Part shown: piece after piece, positions 43,682 to 57,868 of the stretch
Layout: each line of letters opens with the position of its first letter
Position numbering within the stretch: the stretch's first letter is position 1
Assembly (NCBI GenBank): GCA_951406725.2
Contig: OX597814.1
Span: 175,584,001-175,648,000 of the forward strand
Length of the DNA: 64,000 nucleotides
From: Octopus vulgaris
Lineage: Eukaryota
Direction of reading: 5' to 3'
Program-made: the position numbers and the translations under genes
Notes under the pieces: model-generated
Seen by the model: the letters and a program-made list of their open reading frames with translations, nothing else
The model's database searches: none
Told to the model about the DNA's origin: nothing

Positions 43682-45693
43682 TGAATGCCTCTCACAGCAT
43701 GTGTTCGATTGTTACGTTTTTCATAATCTTAACTATAGAACGAAATCGGAGACATAACTGTAATCTTTGAAGTAATCCAAAAAAATTGAGTTTTACGGTT
43801 TCAGCACCCTTAACTATAGAGCAAAATTGAAGTCATAATCGTTACTTAGGCTTTGTATTTTCCAGCAAACGAATCGAATTTTTCGGACTAAAATTTATAG
43901 CTCAAAAAGATAGATCGACTTACGAACCGAGACAACTTCGGAGGACCAAAAATTCCATATGTAATACAAAAGGATTTGGAAAAAATAATGACGATATTAG
44001 AATTTCGCACTATATGTCTATATTATATACTATGTACACTTGCTTGCCGGAAAATCTATAATGGAAAAAAGTTTGCGTGTTAAGTTTTCAATAATCTTAA
44101 CTATGGAATAGAATCGGAGACATAATCCAAATGTTTGAGGTAATAAAAAAGATGTTCGAATATTATGGTTTCAACAGCTTTAAGTATGGAACAAAATCGG
44201 TGACATAATCTAAATTTTACCGTGAAGGAAACATGTTTGAAATACTTAGCCTTCACGTCACATTTTCATGTTCCAGAAAATTTTTTCACTAATATTGTTA
44301 TTTACCCCCGGCCGGCACTGGGCGATCGAAGCTATTTAGGATCAAAATTGTTCCAGCCATGATCATCTAATCTTTTGGGAGTTTCTACAAAGTCGCTTGA
44401 CATGTGAGAAAGAAATAGTAGCCAAATCTCCCTCAGACCTCACCATACTCGTCTTAGAGTGTACAAATTCGTTGGCTGAATAAGTGAATAAACAAAACCG
44501 CTATTCTGTTGTAACAGCTTGTGCAAACTTACATGCATTTTATTGATGCGAATGTGTAATAGCATCTCCTTCACTTGCACCTATACATGTGGGGCCTTGT
44601 GCTTACTGAAGCATAGTTCACATTTGAATAGAGAGCGTCGTTAAAAAGGGACCACGTAGGCTCCTCGGAAAATATGACAGACGATATTTTGTTTTGATTT
44701 TTGTAGAAGCAATTTGACTTATTTTGAGCTCTAAAAACACACTGGAGAAATGCATGACCACCACAAATTCCCATTTCACCTTGTTTCTAAATGTAAGCCA
44801 GTCTGTGCGTGTATGTGTGTGCACGTGTGTCTATGCCGCAACAAGAGAATTCGAGTTAAGCGTTATACGTGGTAACGTGCCAATCACACAGACAGACAGA
44901 CAGATAGACAGACAGACAGACAGACAGATACACACACACACACACACACACACAGACACACAGACACATGCACACACACAGAAGCATTAAGGATACAACA
45001 ATAATTCTTTACATCTATAAACCTAAGATCAACCGCGAAGCCGGAACGTTTTAAAAAACAAAACGAAACAAGCAAAGCAACAAAAAAACAAAAACAAAAT
45101 AGAACAAACGGACAAAAAAAAAAAAGAAAAAGAAAATCAATAACAGAGTGAGATCTATTTTCACAAAATATTCAGCATATTTATATTTGGATATATAGAT
45201 ACTACTATATACGATACAACACCAATATTTCCTTCTATCCATTTTACTGCAATTTTTATTACTAAATGCAATTTGTCGAACTAGGAGCACTTGTGAAATT
45301 TCTCTCTCTCCCTGTCTGTCTGTCTCCCTCTCTCGCTGACACACATACACATGCATATGAAGCGAAATATATTCATATATACGCACAAGCATGTATTTCT
45401 GCATGTACGTATCTGTATATGTATAATAGATACATGGCAATCATAGACATATATGTAAACGCATATTTGAACGCATTATCTCAATGTAACAAGTATGCAG
45501 TTCTTTGTGACTTACACTTTGTGACTTTACATACACTGACTACGTCTCCATGCACACTCTGGTACGCGCGTATATATACATACACACGTATATATACACA
45601 CATACCAACGTATATATAAAATGTGACCGCGTGTGTATCGTTGGCGATTTTTTTTCCTCTGTCTTCCCTTCTTTGGATCTTTCCTTTTACTAT

Positions 45694-45728
45694 GTCTCTG
45701 ACGAAGAGCTCCGCTCGAAACGTTAAAT
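45694..45728 (+). ncRNA. Minimal hammerhead ribozyme motif in a ~210-bp TA-flanked unit (45620-45826)
   Basis: gtct-CTGACGA-a-gagc(tcc)gctc-GAAA-cgT-t-aaat; palindromic ACGT stem III. Confidence 0.7.
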
Positions 45729-46155
45729 CCTCCTTCTTTCTTTCCTTTCCTGAGCGTCCAACTATACTTGTTCCACGTCCTTGCGTTGTTGTGTTTTCTC
45801 TTTGTGTTTTCATGTTCAGATTAACTATATATATATATATATATATATCGTCAGTGAATCATAAATCCGAAAGAGAAGCACGTTCTAACTTATACAGCAA
45901 TAGGGTATTTAGAAAATGTCAGTAATTGCCGGTTCATAGGGTTACCCAGGGTTTCGCGCGGCCTTTTCTCTCTTCAATTTGAAGAGAGGTTATAAGCCAC
46001 CAGCCATAAGGGGCTGACGAGACGTGTGTAGAGCTAAGCGCTTTATGGGCGCGAAACCCTGCGTAACACTATGAAGCGGCCATAACCTGACATTCTCTCC
46101 TTATCTCTCTCTCTCATTCTCTCCCTCTCGCTCTCTCTCTATACATATATACACA

Positions 46156-46233
<78 letters not shown>

Positions 46234-46275
46234 TACATACACACACACGTATCGCTCCTTGTTTTTTCTGTGTCC

Positions 46276-46311
46276 CTTTCTGTAGAAGAGCGTAGGCTCG
46301 AAACGTAAAAG
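46276..46311 (+). ncRNA. Variant minimal hammerhead motif in unit 46250-46401
   Basis: cttt-CTGTAGA-a-gagc(gtag)gctc-GAAA-cgT-a-aaag; 4-bp stem I; A6>U. Confidence 0.6.
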
Positions 46312-46560
46312 ACTTTTTCTATTCCTGAGCGTTATACTAATACATCTGTTTGTTTTGTACACCACCTGTCTTCGTCTTTTGTTTGTTTCGTAAACTTTCC
46401 CTATATATATATATATATGTCTGTATGTATGGTTTCTAGTACCGTATGATGTAGGCAGTGGTCCCACATTGCCCAACATATGCAACAAACATCCACACCT
46501 TTCTACTCTGTTCATTGCAAGTGGTAAGTTGACAAACATCAGTACATCACAAATAAAGAC

Positions 46561-46793
46561 ATGCGCGCACGCATGCACACACACACACGCACACGCATGT
46601 ACACGCACACGCATGCACACGCACACGCATGCACACGCACACGCATGCACACGCACACGCATGTACACGCACACGCATGTACACACACACACGCATGCAC
46701 ACGCACACGCATGCACACGCACACGCATGTACACGCACACGCATGCACACGCACACGCATGCACACGCACACGCATGCACACGCATACGCATG

Positions 46794-46820
<27 letters not shown>
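46561..46820. repeat. Minisatellite of gcacac/gcat units
   Basis: Directly visible. Confidence 0.9.
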
Positions 46821-46824
<4 letters not shown>

Positions 46825-46877
46825 GGAAGCACACCTACATACACAGTCGTTTGCAGAGTTTATATATTTAGAACAGG

Positions 46878-46929
<52 letters not shown>

Positions 46930-47180
46930 TTGTTATTATGCAAAAGTGTCGTAAATCCAAAACGTTGCTTTTTCAGAAAACGAAAAAGTAGTTTCACCAT
47001 TCCGTATCAAAACCGCTGAGCTACACTTTGACAGTTTTCAATATCTTGCCATCTGAAGTAGGTACAATAGTTTGACCAAAAGAACCGGCTATTGCAAGCA
47101 AAAATAAATATTGAAATAAATTTTGGACAACGACAGTTTAACATAATAGCAATGATATATATATATATATATATATATAT

Positions 47181-47254
<74 letters not shown>

Positions 47255-47426
47255 GTATATCTTTTCGATATGTTTATGGTAACGTTTGGAGTATGCAAAT
47301 AAATTCCTATCTCATTATGCCCGGCTACCGTCTAATGATACTGACTAGTAAGTCAGTTTTTCGGGGTTGCATCATCATCATCGTCGTCATCATCATCATC
47401 ATCATCGTCATCATCATCATCATCAT

Positions 47427-47466
<40 letters not shown>

Positions 47467-48651
47467 TTCATCATCATATATATATATTTACATATATATA
47501 TATTTACATATATATATATTTACATATATATATATTTATATATCTTTCTCACACACACATACACGGACGCACAAACACACACACACACGCACACACATAT
47601 ATATACATACGCATACACACATTCGCCCACATACATATTAGTTGAGTATGCAATATGTATTTGGTATTAAGATCAAGATCATAGCTGTTATAACTTAACA
47701 AGTTCCCAACAGTACACCCCCTACACAACACACACACACACACACGCGCACAAACATGTGAATAAAGATTTATGATCACCATATGTAGTAGATGTATTTG
47801 TGTTTCGTGTGAACCAGCTTTCGTCCTCTACTCCAATCAATGACACAGTAGTTGTCTTAATTCTTTTATCGATTTAATGTTGTACAACTATGACAGTACG
47901 GTCTTCCTTTTAACAGAGGTTAGTTTGTGCATCTGTAAGGAACATTTGTAATCAATTATACTTCTATACTTCACTTCTATAACACTTCTCAAACCCAGCC
48001 AGTGTGCCATTGATGGAGCCCCTACGCAGGAGTAGCGTATAACCCATCTATGGGAGAAATTTCACCGACTATCAAATTTAAAACCGTCTGCTAATGAAGT
48101 CTTTAAAAGTTTGTATGGAAGAAAACAGTCAAGTTTTAAAACCAGATCTCTATTTTATTATAAAGAAATTCTAGTCGTAAAATTGGTTATGGTTTGTCTG
48201 GCTTCCTAGCGGAATATGGGCTTTCCATAATAGTCTGCAAATATATTATATTATATGCTTTTCCTTTCACTTGTTTCTGCACAAATCTTGTTTGCTTAAC
48301 CTTTTGCTATTATTTCTGCAGAAATTCACTACGTTTATTTAATTTAATCTTGATTTAATTTGATTTAATTTAGAAAATTACGAAGAATATAGTAATATAA
48401 CTTTGGAGCAAAAGTTAAACAAAAAAATTTGATCACTTTAAAACAGGTGGTGTGTATCGTAGAACCAAGAAGGGCCCAGGTGAGTAGGTGTCAAAAGGTC
48501 GGCCAATTTCTGTTAACTAATCCTCTGTCGGTCGGTCGGTCGGTCTTCTTTTTCTCTTTGCCTTTCGAAACATCCTTCTGGTCTTATTAATGCATCACCT
48601 ACCCATTCCAATTCCCCTCACAATGTTTGCTGGCTGATGTGTTCCTGTTTT

Positions 48652-48886
48652 ACTTATTTCTTTACTGCCCACAAGGGACTACACACAGAGGGGACAAACA
48701 AGGAAAACAAACGGATATTTAGTCGATTATATTGACCACAGTGTGTAACTGGTACTTATTTAATCGACCCCGAAAGGATGAAAGGCAGAGTCGACCTCGG
48801 TGGAATTTGAACTCAGAACGTAGCGGCAAACGAAATACGGCTACGCATTTCGCCCGGCGTACTAACGATTCTGCCAGCTCGCCACC
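48652..48886 (-). mobile_element. SINE family A
   Basis: Full reverse complement of the family A consensus. Confidence 0.88.
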
Positions 48887-49719
48887 TTTCTGGCTATTAA
48901 AAGTTTAGGCTGTTTCTGAGGCACACCCGTAAATGTCTGCAGCTTTCTAAGGATATTTGCATCTGTTAATTATAACTCGGCACCACATAGCAGATAGATT
49001 TGAAAATGCTATTGAAATTCCTCAGCTTAACACATCTGAACATAACCTTTTGCTTTTAAATAGCTCTAAAATACTTACCATGTCCCGTACCAATCAGCTC
49101 CCGGTTTCGTTACTATTAGTTGTTTTGTCTTCCTCTTCAGATTTTGATACTGCTGAAATATAAGGCAAATATCCGTAAAGAATAGTTCTAGCGTTTGCTA
49201 TTGTGCTTACCGTAAGCTTGGTTTTACGGTCTACGTAGTTTCACGCATCACCCAGTCAAACAATAAAAAAAACATTGCTATTTCAGTTTAATTTTGATTT
49301 CGGATTATTTCGACACTCTTTCATTACTTATTGCTTTTTTTTTTATTTCTCTTGGATGGTATTAATGAGCTTGTTGGAAATTCCATAGTAGCCAAGCATT
49401 TTTTCTTATCAACTCCATCGAAAACTTTTTCAGAGTTGAGAAATTGAGATGGTGGGGAGCCTGCCGTTGTATTTCTGTTATAATCTCTATTGCAAGAATG
49501 CAGTTGTTCTTAGACGCTCTTGCTCGGCACTTTATATTTGTTCTAAGATATTTTCCTGTGTTCCCAAAAGTGATCTTTGCGAGTACTCTACTGAGTACTG
49601 GGAAGAGCATGCCACCACATCAGTTTTTGTTGGCAATACAATATTACTTTTTTATATTTTATCACCATTTAGTTTTTCTTCCAATCCGTGATTACTGAGC
49701 CTTCCTTCCATATCTTCTG

Positions 49720-51030
49720 TAGTAAAGATCCTAGCGAATAAGATGTAGTGGCAATACCACTTTTAACGCTGTAGGTGAAACTCCATCTTTACCAGCTACT
49801 TTTCTGCTTTTCAGTATCTTTAGGGCTTCGAAAATTCCATTGTTTGCCAGCTGCTCAATATTTATGCTTCGCTCGGAGGTCGCTGGTGAAATTTCTAGTT
49901 CGCATATGAGTGGGGTAGAGCCTGTTGAGCAGTTCTAAAGTGTAGTTAGGCAATCCTTTCTTCTGCTCTTATTCCGAGGTTATTCGCTGTCCTGCTGTAT
50001 CTTTCACTGTTTTGGAGATATTTGGAAGATTTCCAGCTAAAGTACTGGAGGTACTGCAGAGTATCCTCCAGTCTCCTTTTTGTGTCACTTCCGTTGACTT
50101 GTCTACACGCTTTTCATGACAGGATCTTTCGTTCTTCTTTTCATTTCTCTTTACCTCCTTATATTTGTCTCGTCCTCTTGGACATTGATCATAGCCAGCT
50201 TTGGCTATTCACTCCTCGGTATCGCTGGAAAGCGATTCTGACACTGCGTTTTCCTTATTCCAAGGACTTCAGTGCATATTTCTTTGTAAACGTCATTTAT
50301 CAATACCTAATTTTCATCCATTGACGTGTTGTTTATAGCATACTTACTCTAGTGTTTCTAGCCTAATTTTAAGCATGACGGAAAATTCTGTATTTTTTTT
50401 CCGTTTCGTTCTCTCTCATCTTCTGGCCGTTGTATTTGCAATGCAGCTTTTCGCTCACATCTTCGAAAATTCTCAACATTATTTTGATTTTTTTTCTGGC
50501 ACCAACAAGTAATCCAATGCCATATTCTCTTTCATCGTTCGAGAATCAATCAAGCTGTCAATAGCGTTATCAATACCGAGGTATTTTCCCTTGTAATCTA
50601 TTCTATTTTTGCATTTATAAGGCAAGTCAGTTCCTTGATATATCCTTTTCGCTATTTTGATAACTGTTTGAAGTTATTTGTTGAAATGTTTCTCCTTTTG
50701 GTCCACGTTATTTGTGAGTGCGTTGCACTGGACGATCCTGGTCACTCTACAGCGTGAATTGCTTCTTGCTGTCGATATTTCTAATGATATAAGCTCCTAT
50801 TCCATCGCTGCTTTGCATGCCTGTGGTGTCAATGAGATATAACGATCACTTCTTCCGTGCTACTGTGTTCTTCATTTTCAAGACTGGAATATAACATCCT
50901 CCCGCCAAAAGCCAGTTTTATCATTTTGCTCCCGTTCCATCACCCTCGCAGATTCCTAACGCTTGACTTCCATATTTTTTGGCCAATTGGGCTCCAATGC
51001 TTGCCAAATTCTACATTCACGTGTTCTATG
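49720..51030 (-). mobile_element. Old RTE-clade LINE fragment (APE endonuclease to RT linker)
   Basis: Minus pieces LGICE..WNG, MLYS, IVQCNALTN..LQTVI, EALKILKSRKVAGKDGVSP; many stops and frameshifts. Confidence 0.65.
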
Positions 51031-51454
51031 TTCCAGTTTTTATCGCTTTTGTTGATAGAAAATTCTGGTTTGTCGAATGCTTCCACTAAGCCTCTTCATA
51101 CTTTCTCCTGCTGAAGTTGAGATTTCTATTGTTATTATAATATTTGAGAAGCCTCCTCCTCCTCCACCACCACCACCACTATCCCGGTTAGGAAGTGGTT
51201 GGAAACTCCACGAGTTTTCAGATGAAGTTAGTATGTAACATATAGTTTTTATCATTTTTCTCGGTACAGATGCACCAACATATGTTCTTATGCCTTTGAA
51301 AGTTAGGTCCAGTGAATGAATAAGATTCCCAGGAGTAACTGGATTCTGCTTGAAATATCAGCCAAATCTCCCTCACCTTTCATTCCAAGCAAACTTTAGC
51401 TTAAGCTTGTACTGATAAAAGTCTTCAATTTCCATTTAACCATGTATAGAAATA

Positions 51455-52120
51455 TCGATTTCAAATTTTGACACAAGGCCAGAGATTTCGGGGCAGTGGG
51501 TAAGTGGAATACAGCGACCTCAATGCAAAAATGGTGCTTATTTTATCGACTCCGAAAGGATGAAAGGTAAAGTCGACCTCAGCGGAATTTGAACTCAGAT
51601 CGAAAAGGTGGACGAAATGTCGCTAAACATTTTGCATGGCGTACAAGTGATTCTGCCAGCTTGCTACCTTACTTTGTGTAGCAATATTAAATGTTTGCCA
51701 AAAGGCGGTGAGCTGTCAGAAACGTTAGCACGCCGGGCGAAATGCGTAGCTGTATTTCATCTGCCGTTACGTTCTGAGTTCAAATTCCGCCGAGGTCGAC
51801 TTTGCCTTTCATCCTTTCGATGTCGATTAAATAAGTACCAGTTACGCACTGGGGTCGATATAATCGACTAAATCCGATTGTCTGTCCTTGTTTGTCCCCT
51901 CTGTGTGTAACCCCTTGTGGGCAATAAAGAAATAGGAATCTTTAGCATGCCGGGCAAAATGTTAGCGGCATTTCGCCTGTCTTAACGTTCAAATTCCGCC
52001 GAGGTCGACTTTACTTTTTATCCTTTCGGAGGTCGATAGAATAAGTTCCATTTGATCACTGGAAACGATGTGATCGACTTACCCCCTACCCCAAAACTGC
52101 TGGTCTTTTGAAACCAATAT
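51455..52120. mobile_element. SINE A copies, head-to-head (minus 51455-51670; plus 51703-52120)
   Basis: Family A motifs in both orientations. Confidence 0.85.
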
Positions 52121-52685
52121 CAAAAGTTTGCAAGGTTAATCCATTATGTTGGAATGGTAGTAGATTATTAATAAAAAGGAATATTAGAATACTGGTATGG
52201 ATGAAAATATATTTATAAAAGCTATTTTAATATGACAGTATCGAGGTGCGTCACAGATTAATTTATATAATATAAAGGTACTGATGTCGAAATAGTGTTA
52301 AAACAACGAAGTATTGAAAATATACTTTTTAAGAAGTTCCGAAATAATGTCAAATAAAATTATTCAGAATAATATGTGACTAGTAAAAAATGGAGGTGAA
52401 AGCCTGATTTACATCCGAAAATAGTAACAAAACTGCATAAAAAGATTACCAGGTACTCAGTTTGGTATTATTGAATCACTAATGATATGTAACTTCGAAA
52501 ATAAAATGTGACAAAAAAACTGACCTTTGACACAATAGATCTAGAAAATCACGTATAATGATCACCACGTTCACATTTCAAAATACATTTTTCTTTTCTT
52601 TTGAAGATATATCATTATTTAGTTTTATGCTAAAATAATGCTGCATTAGCGCTCTAATATCTGTGACGGTACAAGAAGAAGGAAA

Positions 52686-52915
52686 GGCGGCGAGCTGGCA
52701 GAAACGTTAGCACGCCGGGCGAAATGCTTAGCGGTATTTCGTCTGCGTTACGTTGTGAGTTCAAATTCCGCCGAGGTCGACTTTGCCTTTCATCCTTTCG
52801 GAGTTGATAAATTAAGTACCAGTTACGCACGGGGGTCGATGTAATCGACTTAATACCTATGTCTGTCCTTGTTTGTCCCCTCTGTGTTTAGCCCCTTGTG
52901 GGCAATAAAGAAATA
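52686..52915 (+). mobile_element. Young full-length SINE A with a 16-bp TSD
   Basis: ggtacaagaagaagga at 52668-52683 and 52916-52931; tRNA-like A box (ggcgagctggcagaa) and B box (gagttcaaattcc). Confidence 0.92.
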
Positions 52916-53147
52916 GGTACAAGAAGAAGGAGGAGCAGGAGAAGGAGAATGAGGAGCAGGAGAAGGAGAATGAGGAGAATAATGATAATGATAATAATAA
53001 TATGAAGAAGAAGAGAAAGGAGAGGAGGAGGAACTACTACTATACAAGTACCTTACGTCGGTTATACACTGGTCTTAGCTATGTGCAATATAACGGAGTT
53101 TAAAACTAGGAGCGAATCAAAATGATTGTAATATATTGATTTCAAAA

Positions 53148-53992
53148 GGCGGCGAGCTAGCAGGCACTTTAGCACGCCGGGTGAAATGCTTAGCGGGTTT
53201 TTCGTCTGTCTTTTCGTTCTGAGTTCAAATTCCGCCGAGGTCGACTTTGCCTTTCATGGTTTCGGGATCGATAGATTAAGTACCAGTTGGGGAGGGGAGT
53301 CGATTAAATCGATCCCGCCTCCCACAAAATTTGGGGCGTTGTGCCTAGAATAGAAAGGAACATATTGGTTTCAAACTGTGGCACAAGGCAGGGGCTAAGT
53401 CGATTACATCGACCCCAGAGCTCAACTGGTACTTATTCTCCCAACCCGGAAAGGCTGAAAAGCAAAGTCGACTTTGGCAGAATTTGAACTCAGAACAAAG
53501 ACGGACGAAATGCCGCTAAGCATTTTGCTCGGCGTGCTAGCGATTCTGCCAGCTTGCTGTCTTAATGTTTGTAATAGATTAATATATATTTCTTTATTGT
53601 CAAACAGGGGGCTAAACATAGAGGGGACAAACAAAGGGTTTAAGCTGATTACACCGACCCCAGTGTGTAACTGGTACTTATTTAATCGACCCCGAAAGTG
53701 TGAAAAGTAAAGTCGACCTCGGCGGAATTTGAACTCAGAACGTAGCGGCAGACGAAATACCTATTTCTTTACAGCCCACAAGAGGTTACACACAGAGGGG
53801 ACAAGCAAGGACAGGCAAACGGATTAAGTCGACTATATCGACCCCAGTCCGTAACTGGTACTTAATTTATCGACCTCGAAAGGATGAAAGGCAAAGTCGA
53901 CCTCGGCGGAATTTGAACTCAGAACGCAGCGGCGGACGAAATACCACAAAGCATTTCGCCCGGCGTGCTAACGTCTCTGCCAGCTCGCCGCC
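53148..53992. mobile_element. SINE A cluster: one plus copy, one minus copy and a minus-strand dimer
   Basis: Family A motifs; dimer at 53588-53992. Confidence 0.88.
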
Positions 53993-54000
53993 CTAAATAT

Positions 54001-54116
54001 TAATATATTAATATAAATCATTCGTGTAATATAATATATTAATATAAATCATTAGTGTGATATAATATATTAATATAAATCACTCGTAATGTAATATATT
54101 AATATAAATCACTCGT
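54001..54116. repeat. ~30-bp AT-rich minisatellite, four units
   Basis: taatatattaatataaatca(t/c)t(c/a)gt repeated. Confidence 0.9.
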
Positions 54117-55199
54117 ACATCCTGATGAAGACTTTTCAGCTTGCGGTGAACAGTTTTTATCAGGATGTCTGTGTTGTTGAAATTTTACGTGCTACGCCTT
54201 TCACGTATCGAAAATATTATTACTAAGGAGGATTTAACGATCAGACGAGAATCGCGAAATGGTGGCAAAACTCAGAATTACCTCGTCTATGATGAAGGTT
54301 CAGTTTCTACTTCCGTCTTTTCCCGGTAATATATTCTTCACATCGGCTATTAATGAATATCTTGAAGAATGATGGAATCTGTCTGCTTGATTTGACCTCC
54401 ATCAAGGAATATGAGAAATTTATGGATTTTCAATCTTAGTCTTATCTATTATCTTCGCTTTCCTTCTTATGGATTGCTTTCGAGATCATTAATTATTGCT
54501 TTTATGCATTGAGTTTGTTTATTATATTTCTATGATATACTTTGCGTCCATAAAATGCATCCGGAAGCTTTGTAAAGGCTATTCAGCTTCTTTGTGATCG
54601 CTCATGCTGCTAAAAGTAATAGCTGAATCTCTTTCATATCTCATAATACTGTCTTACAAAAGGAAATACATACTGGATAATATAGTAGATACATAAAAGG
54701 ACGAAATAGCCTATTGTGGGATGCTTTTTGGTAATAAGTCTGCTGTATGAAAAGTAACCCGGAGATACGTGGAACATACGCTGATATATCTTATAGCTTA
54801 TAGTATAATCTTGAATGGCTACTGAAGTAGTCTTTACGTATATAAACACCTATAATTTATACACGACAATAAATATACTTGTTGTGTTGGAAGGTTGACA
54901 TCGCACTCGGTTCTTTCAATATTGCAACAATAGTTTAGTATTGTGCAAATATCTTGAAAGCATTTGAATTTTATTTTCCTTTTGACCACTCGATGTATTT
55001 GTTTGGAAAATAATTATAATATTGAACAACATCCAAAGTACGATATGAATTTACACAATGTCAATGCGATGGGCGTCATATGTTTAATAATTCTTATCCA
55101 TGGTTTCTTTTTTCCTGAATTAGTCGGAAGTGGGGTGGAGAATAATTTCAGACTCATGAAACGTTCATATTGAATTTCTGTTGGCAGACAACTATAGCA

Positions 55200-55520
55200 A
55201 AGGGAGGTAGGGGTGACTGTTGTTCTGGAATGAAATTATAGAACAAAATGTACGGTTCATTGTCTGAAAGTTGGAATAGAACAGACACAACGAAAAGAGG
55301 AGAGTGGAGTTGTATAGAATGAACCAGGTTACGAGTGGCATGTAACCAACTTGTTTAGAGGACCAGAAGCAGTTCTTAGTAATGGGAACAGAAGGGACGA
55401 TATATCTGTGAGCTAATGGTTTTGTCATGTTGGTGATGGAATCTTTGCTAATAATCTGAGTAGCAGTTATTTTGGATGTGGTCTAAGATATTAGTGCGTA
55501 TATTAGCAACATCGTTCCAG
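55200..55520 (-). mobile_element. Possible CR1/L2-type LINE 3' remnant
   Basis: KPLAHRY and NFIP(RT)-like pieces resemble the L.HRR..SFIPRT C-terminus; very degenerate. Confidence 0.35.
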
Positions 55521-55729
55521 ATATATGAACATTAATTAGAAATTATCAGTTTCTAACTTTGTTAGAAACTAATCAAAGCTAAATTAATTTTCTATATCAT
55601 TTGAACTCAACAACGATAAAATCTATACGGCTATTGTAGAGAGCAGCTTATTTTTTAAGATATTTAACTCATGCGCACACGGAAATTATAGACTTATTTT
55701 TTAATGAAATTATTACTGAATATTTTTCT

Positions 55730-55777
<48 letters not shown>

Positions 55778-56079
55778 AAGACTGATATAACACACTGTCA
55801 TATTATTTAAAATATTTTGTTTATGAAAATTGTGAACTATATTTTAAACAGAAACGATAGTCATAATTTGGGTAGTGAGCCTAATTCATTACACGCATTA
55901 AAACCACTTTCTGCTGAGCCTTGCGTTTCTTTAGTGTGCGACCGCTCGATTAAACTCCAGTATTTTCTGGTCCTTGGGTGCCTTTTGTGTTTCAACATCT
56001 GGTTTAATTTCGCCACCTCTTGGTCCTTAGTTGCCTTTAGTGGGGTATCACCCGTTTTACTAGGGTGATATCCCACTAG

Positions 56080-56410
56080 CATCAGGCTCACAATCATGAG
56101 GCAGTGAGTTCGATTCCCGGACCGGTATGTGTGTTGTGTTCTTGAGTAAGACACCTTAATTTTTTTCACGTTGCTCCCGTTCACTCAGCTGCAGAAATGA
56201 ATTGTAATGTTACTAGCGCCAAGCTGTATCGGCCTTTGCCTTTCCCTTGGATAACATCCGTGGTATGGAGTGAGGAGGCTCGTATGCATCGGCGACTGCT
56301 GGTCTCCCATAAGTAATTTTGCCCGGATTTTTGCCTCGGAGGGTTACTTTCCAGGTACAGTCCCATGCTCATTCATGACTGAACGGGGTCTTTACTCTTT
56401 ACTCTTTATT
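56080..56410 (+). mobile_element. tRNA-derived SINE with CORE-like centre and (TTTACTC) tail
   Basis: gagttcgattccc B box; gtgttgtgttcttgagtaagacac; cactcagctgcagaaatg. Confidence 0.7.
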
Positions 56411-57785
56411 CCTTTACTCGATTTAATACCACCATTTCTTGGTCCTTGAGTAACTTTAGCGTATCATTACTCTGACAAACCTCACATCGGCTGGTCCTTT
56501 GATACTTTAATGCGCCATCCCTTAGTTTAAGCCCACCACCTATTATGCGCCATTACTCTCTTTAGTTGGACTCTGGGTGCTTTAGTATAATTCACTTTCT
56601 TGCAAGCATTCAGATCAAATTTCCAGTCTGTGGATAACGCAGTGTTTTGATTCACTGCTTCTTTCTGTACCTTTTTATGTGTAGTATTACTATTTGTCCA
56701 GCGTTTCAGAGAGAAGAGGTTTACCAGTGGAAGAATGCTCCAAATAGGGGAGAGGAATTGACTCCTAACATCGCATGAATAGCATCTATTTACTGGATGG
56801 TTTGCATACGGCAATCGACTTCCAGTTGTGCTACTTACAGGCTTTGACGTAGGAGTCTAGCAGCAAATCATGAGTCGTCATGAATCCGCTGTTTCTTCAC
56901 CAGTCTCGTAAGATCTATGAATATTTATTGGTATGTTACACTTGATATTTTGATGAAATCACTCAACAATAGTAATGAAAAGAACATCAGCATTACTACC
57001 AACAGTAGCAACATAAATAGCAACAACAGTCACCAGTTATTTACTCGAGAATAGCAATATTCAAATTGACTTTAACATAATACTAAACACATTTTATTTC
57101 AGAACTAACAGCATACTCGGTTAACTACTAGTATCATTGACTTGCGTAACATTAGTTACACCAGTTACATTAGGTAATGAAAAAAATTATTCATTTTGCT
57201 AACACTAAAAGCAATTAGTTGCTAGGCTGATTAATCTTATTAGTTATTTCAGTAACACTTATGACATAAGTTATTCGGCGAATTAATAACAGTACTTATG
57301 AAGAAATCACTAATAACGTTGGTTAATTGTTTAGTTAACATCATTGGTTACTTCGGCAACACAAACAGCTCTAGCTGTTTGGGTAACACTAATACAGTTT
57401 AATTACTCTTTTAATGGGTTAACTAATTGATCAGATAACAGTTTCAACTATTTTCTCAAATTCATTTTGATTTTCGGTCGAATAATGTAAAATCATAACG
57501 TTCAGTGAACATGTCGGCTTAAATTTTATTGGATATGATGTTGAGAGAAATAACGCAGACGATAGCGACTACAATGAGGTTTGAAACTGATAATGAATAT
57601 AAGAGTGATGAGAGCGATGATGCTTTATAATGATAAAGGAACTAATGAAGATAATGGTGATCAGAGCTTTACTGATATTTCTGTTTATGTGGACGTCAAA
57701 GACGACGACGATGATAATGATGTAGTGTTACCCATGTAACTACATATGTATGTATATATATATAATAATACATACGTACATACAT

Positions 57786-57868
<83 letters not shown>

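Noticed and set aside
43715-44212. CRISPR-like repeat-spacer pattern
   Set aside because: Repeats are degenerate, spacers are homologous to each other, context is eukaryotic and there are no cas genes.
52686-52775. tRNA gene
   Set aside because: A and B boxes are present but continue into a SINE body with a TSD; many copies; no clean cloverleaf.
54400-54900. Possible GIY-YIG remnant on minus (VYLLSC..CLY)
   Set aside because: Too degenerate to call.
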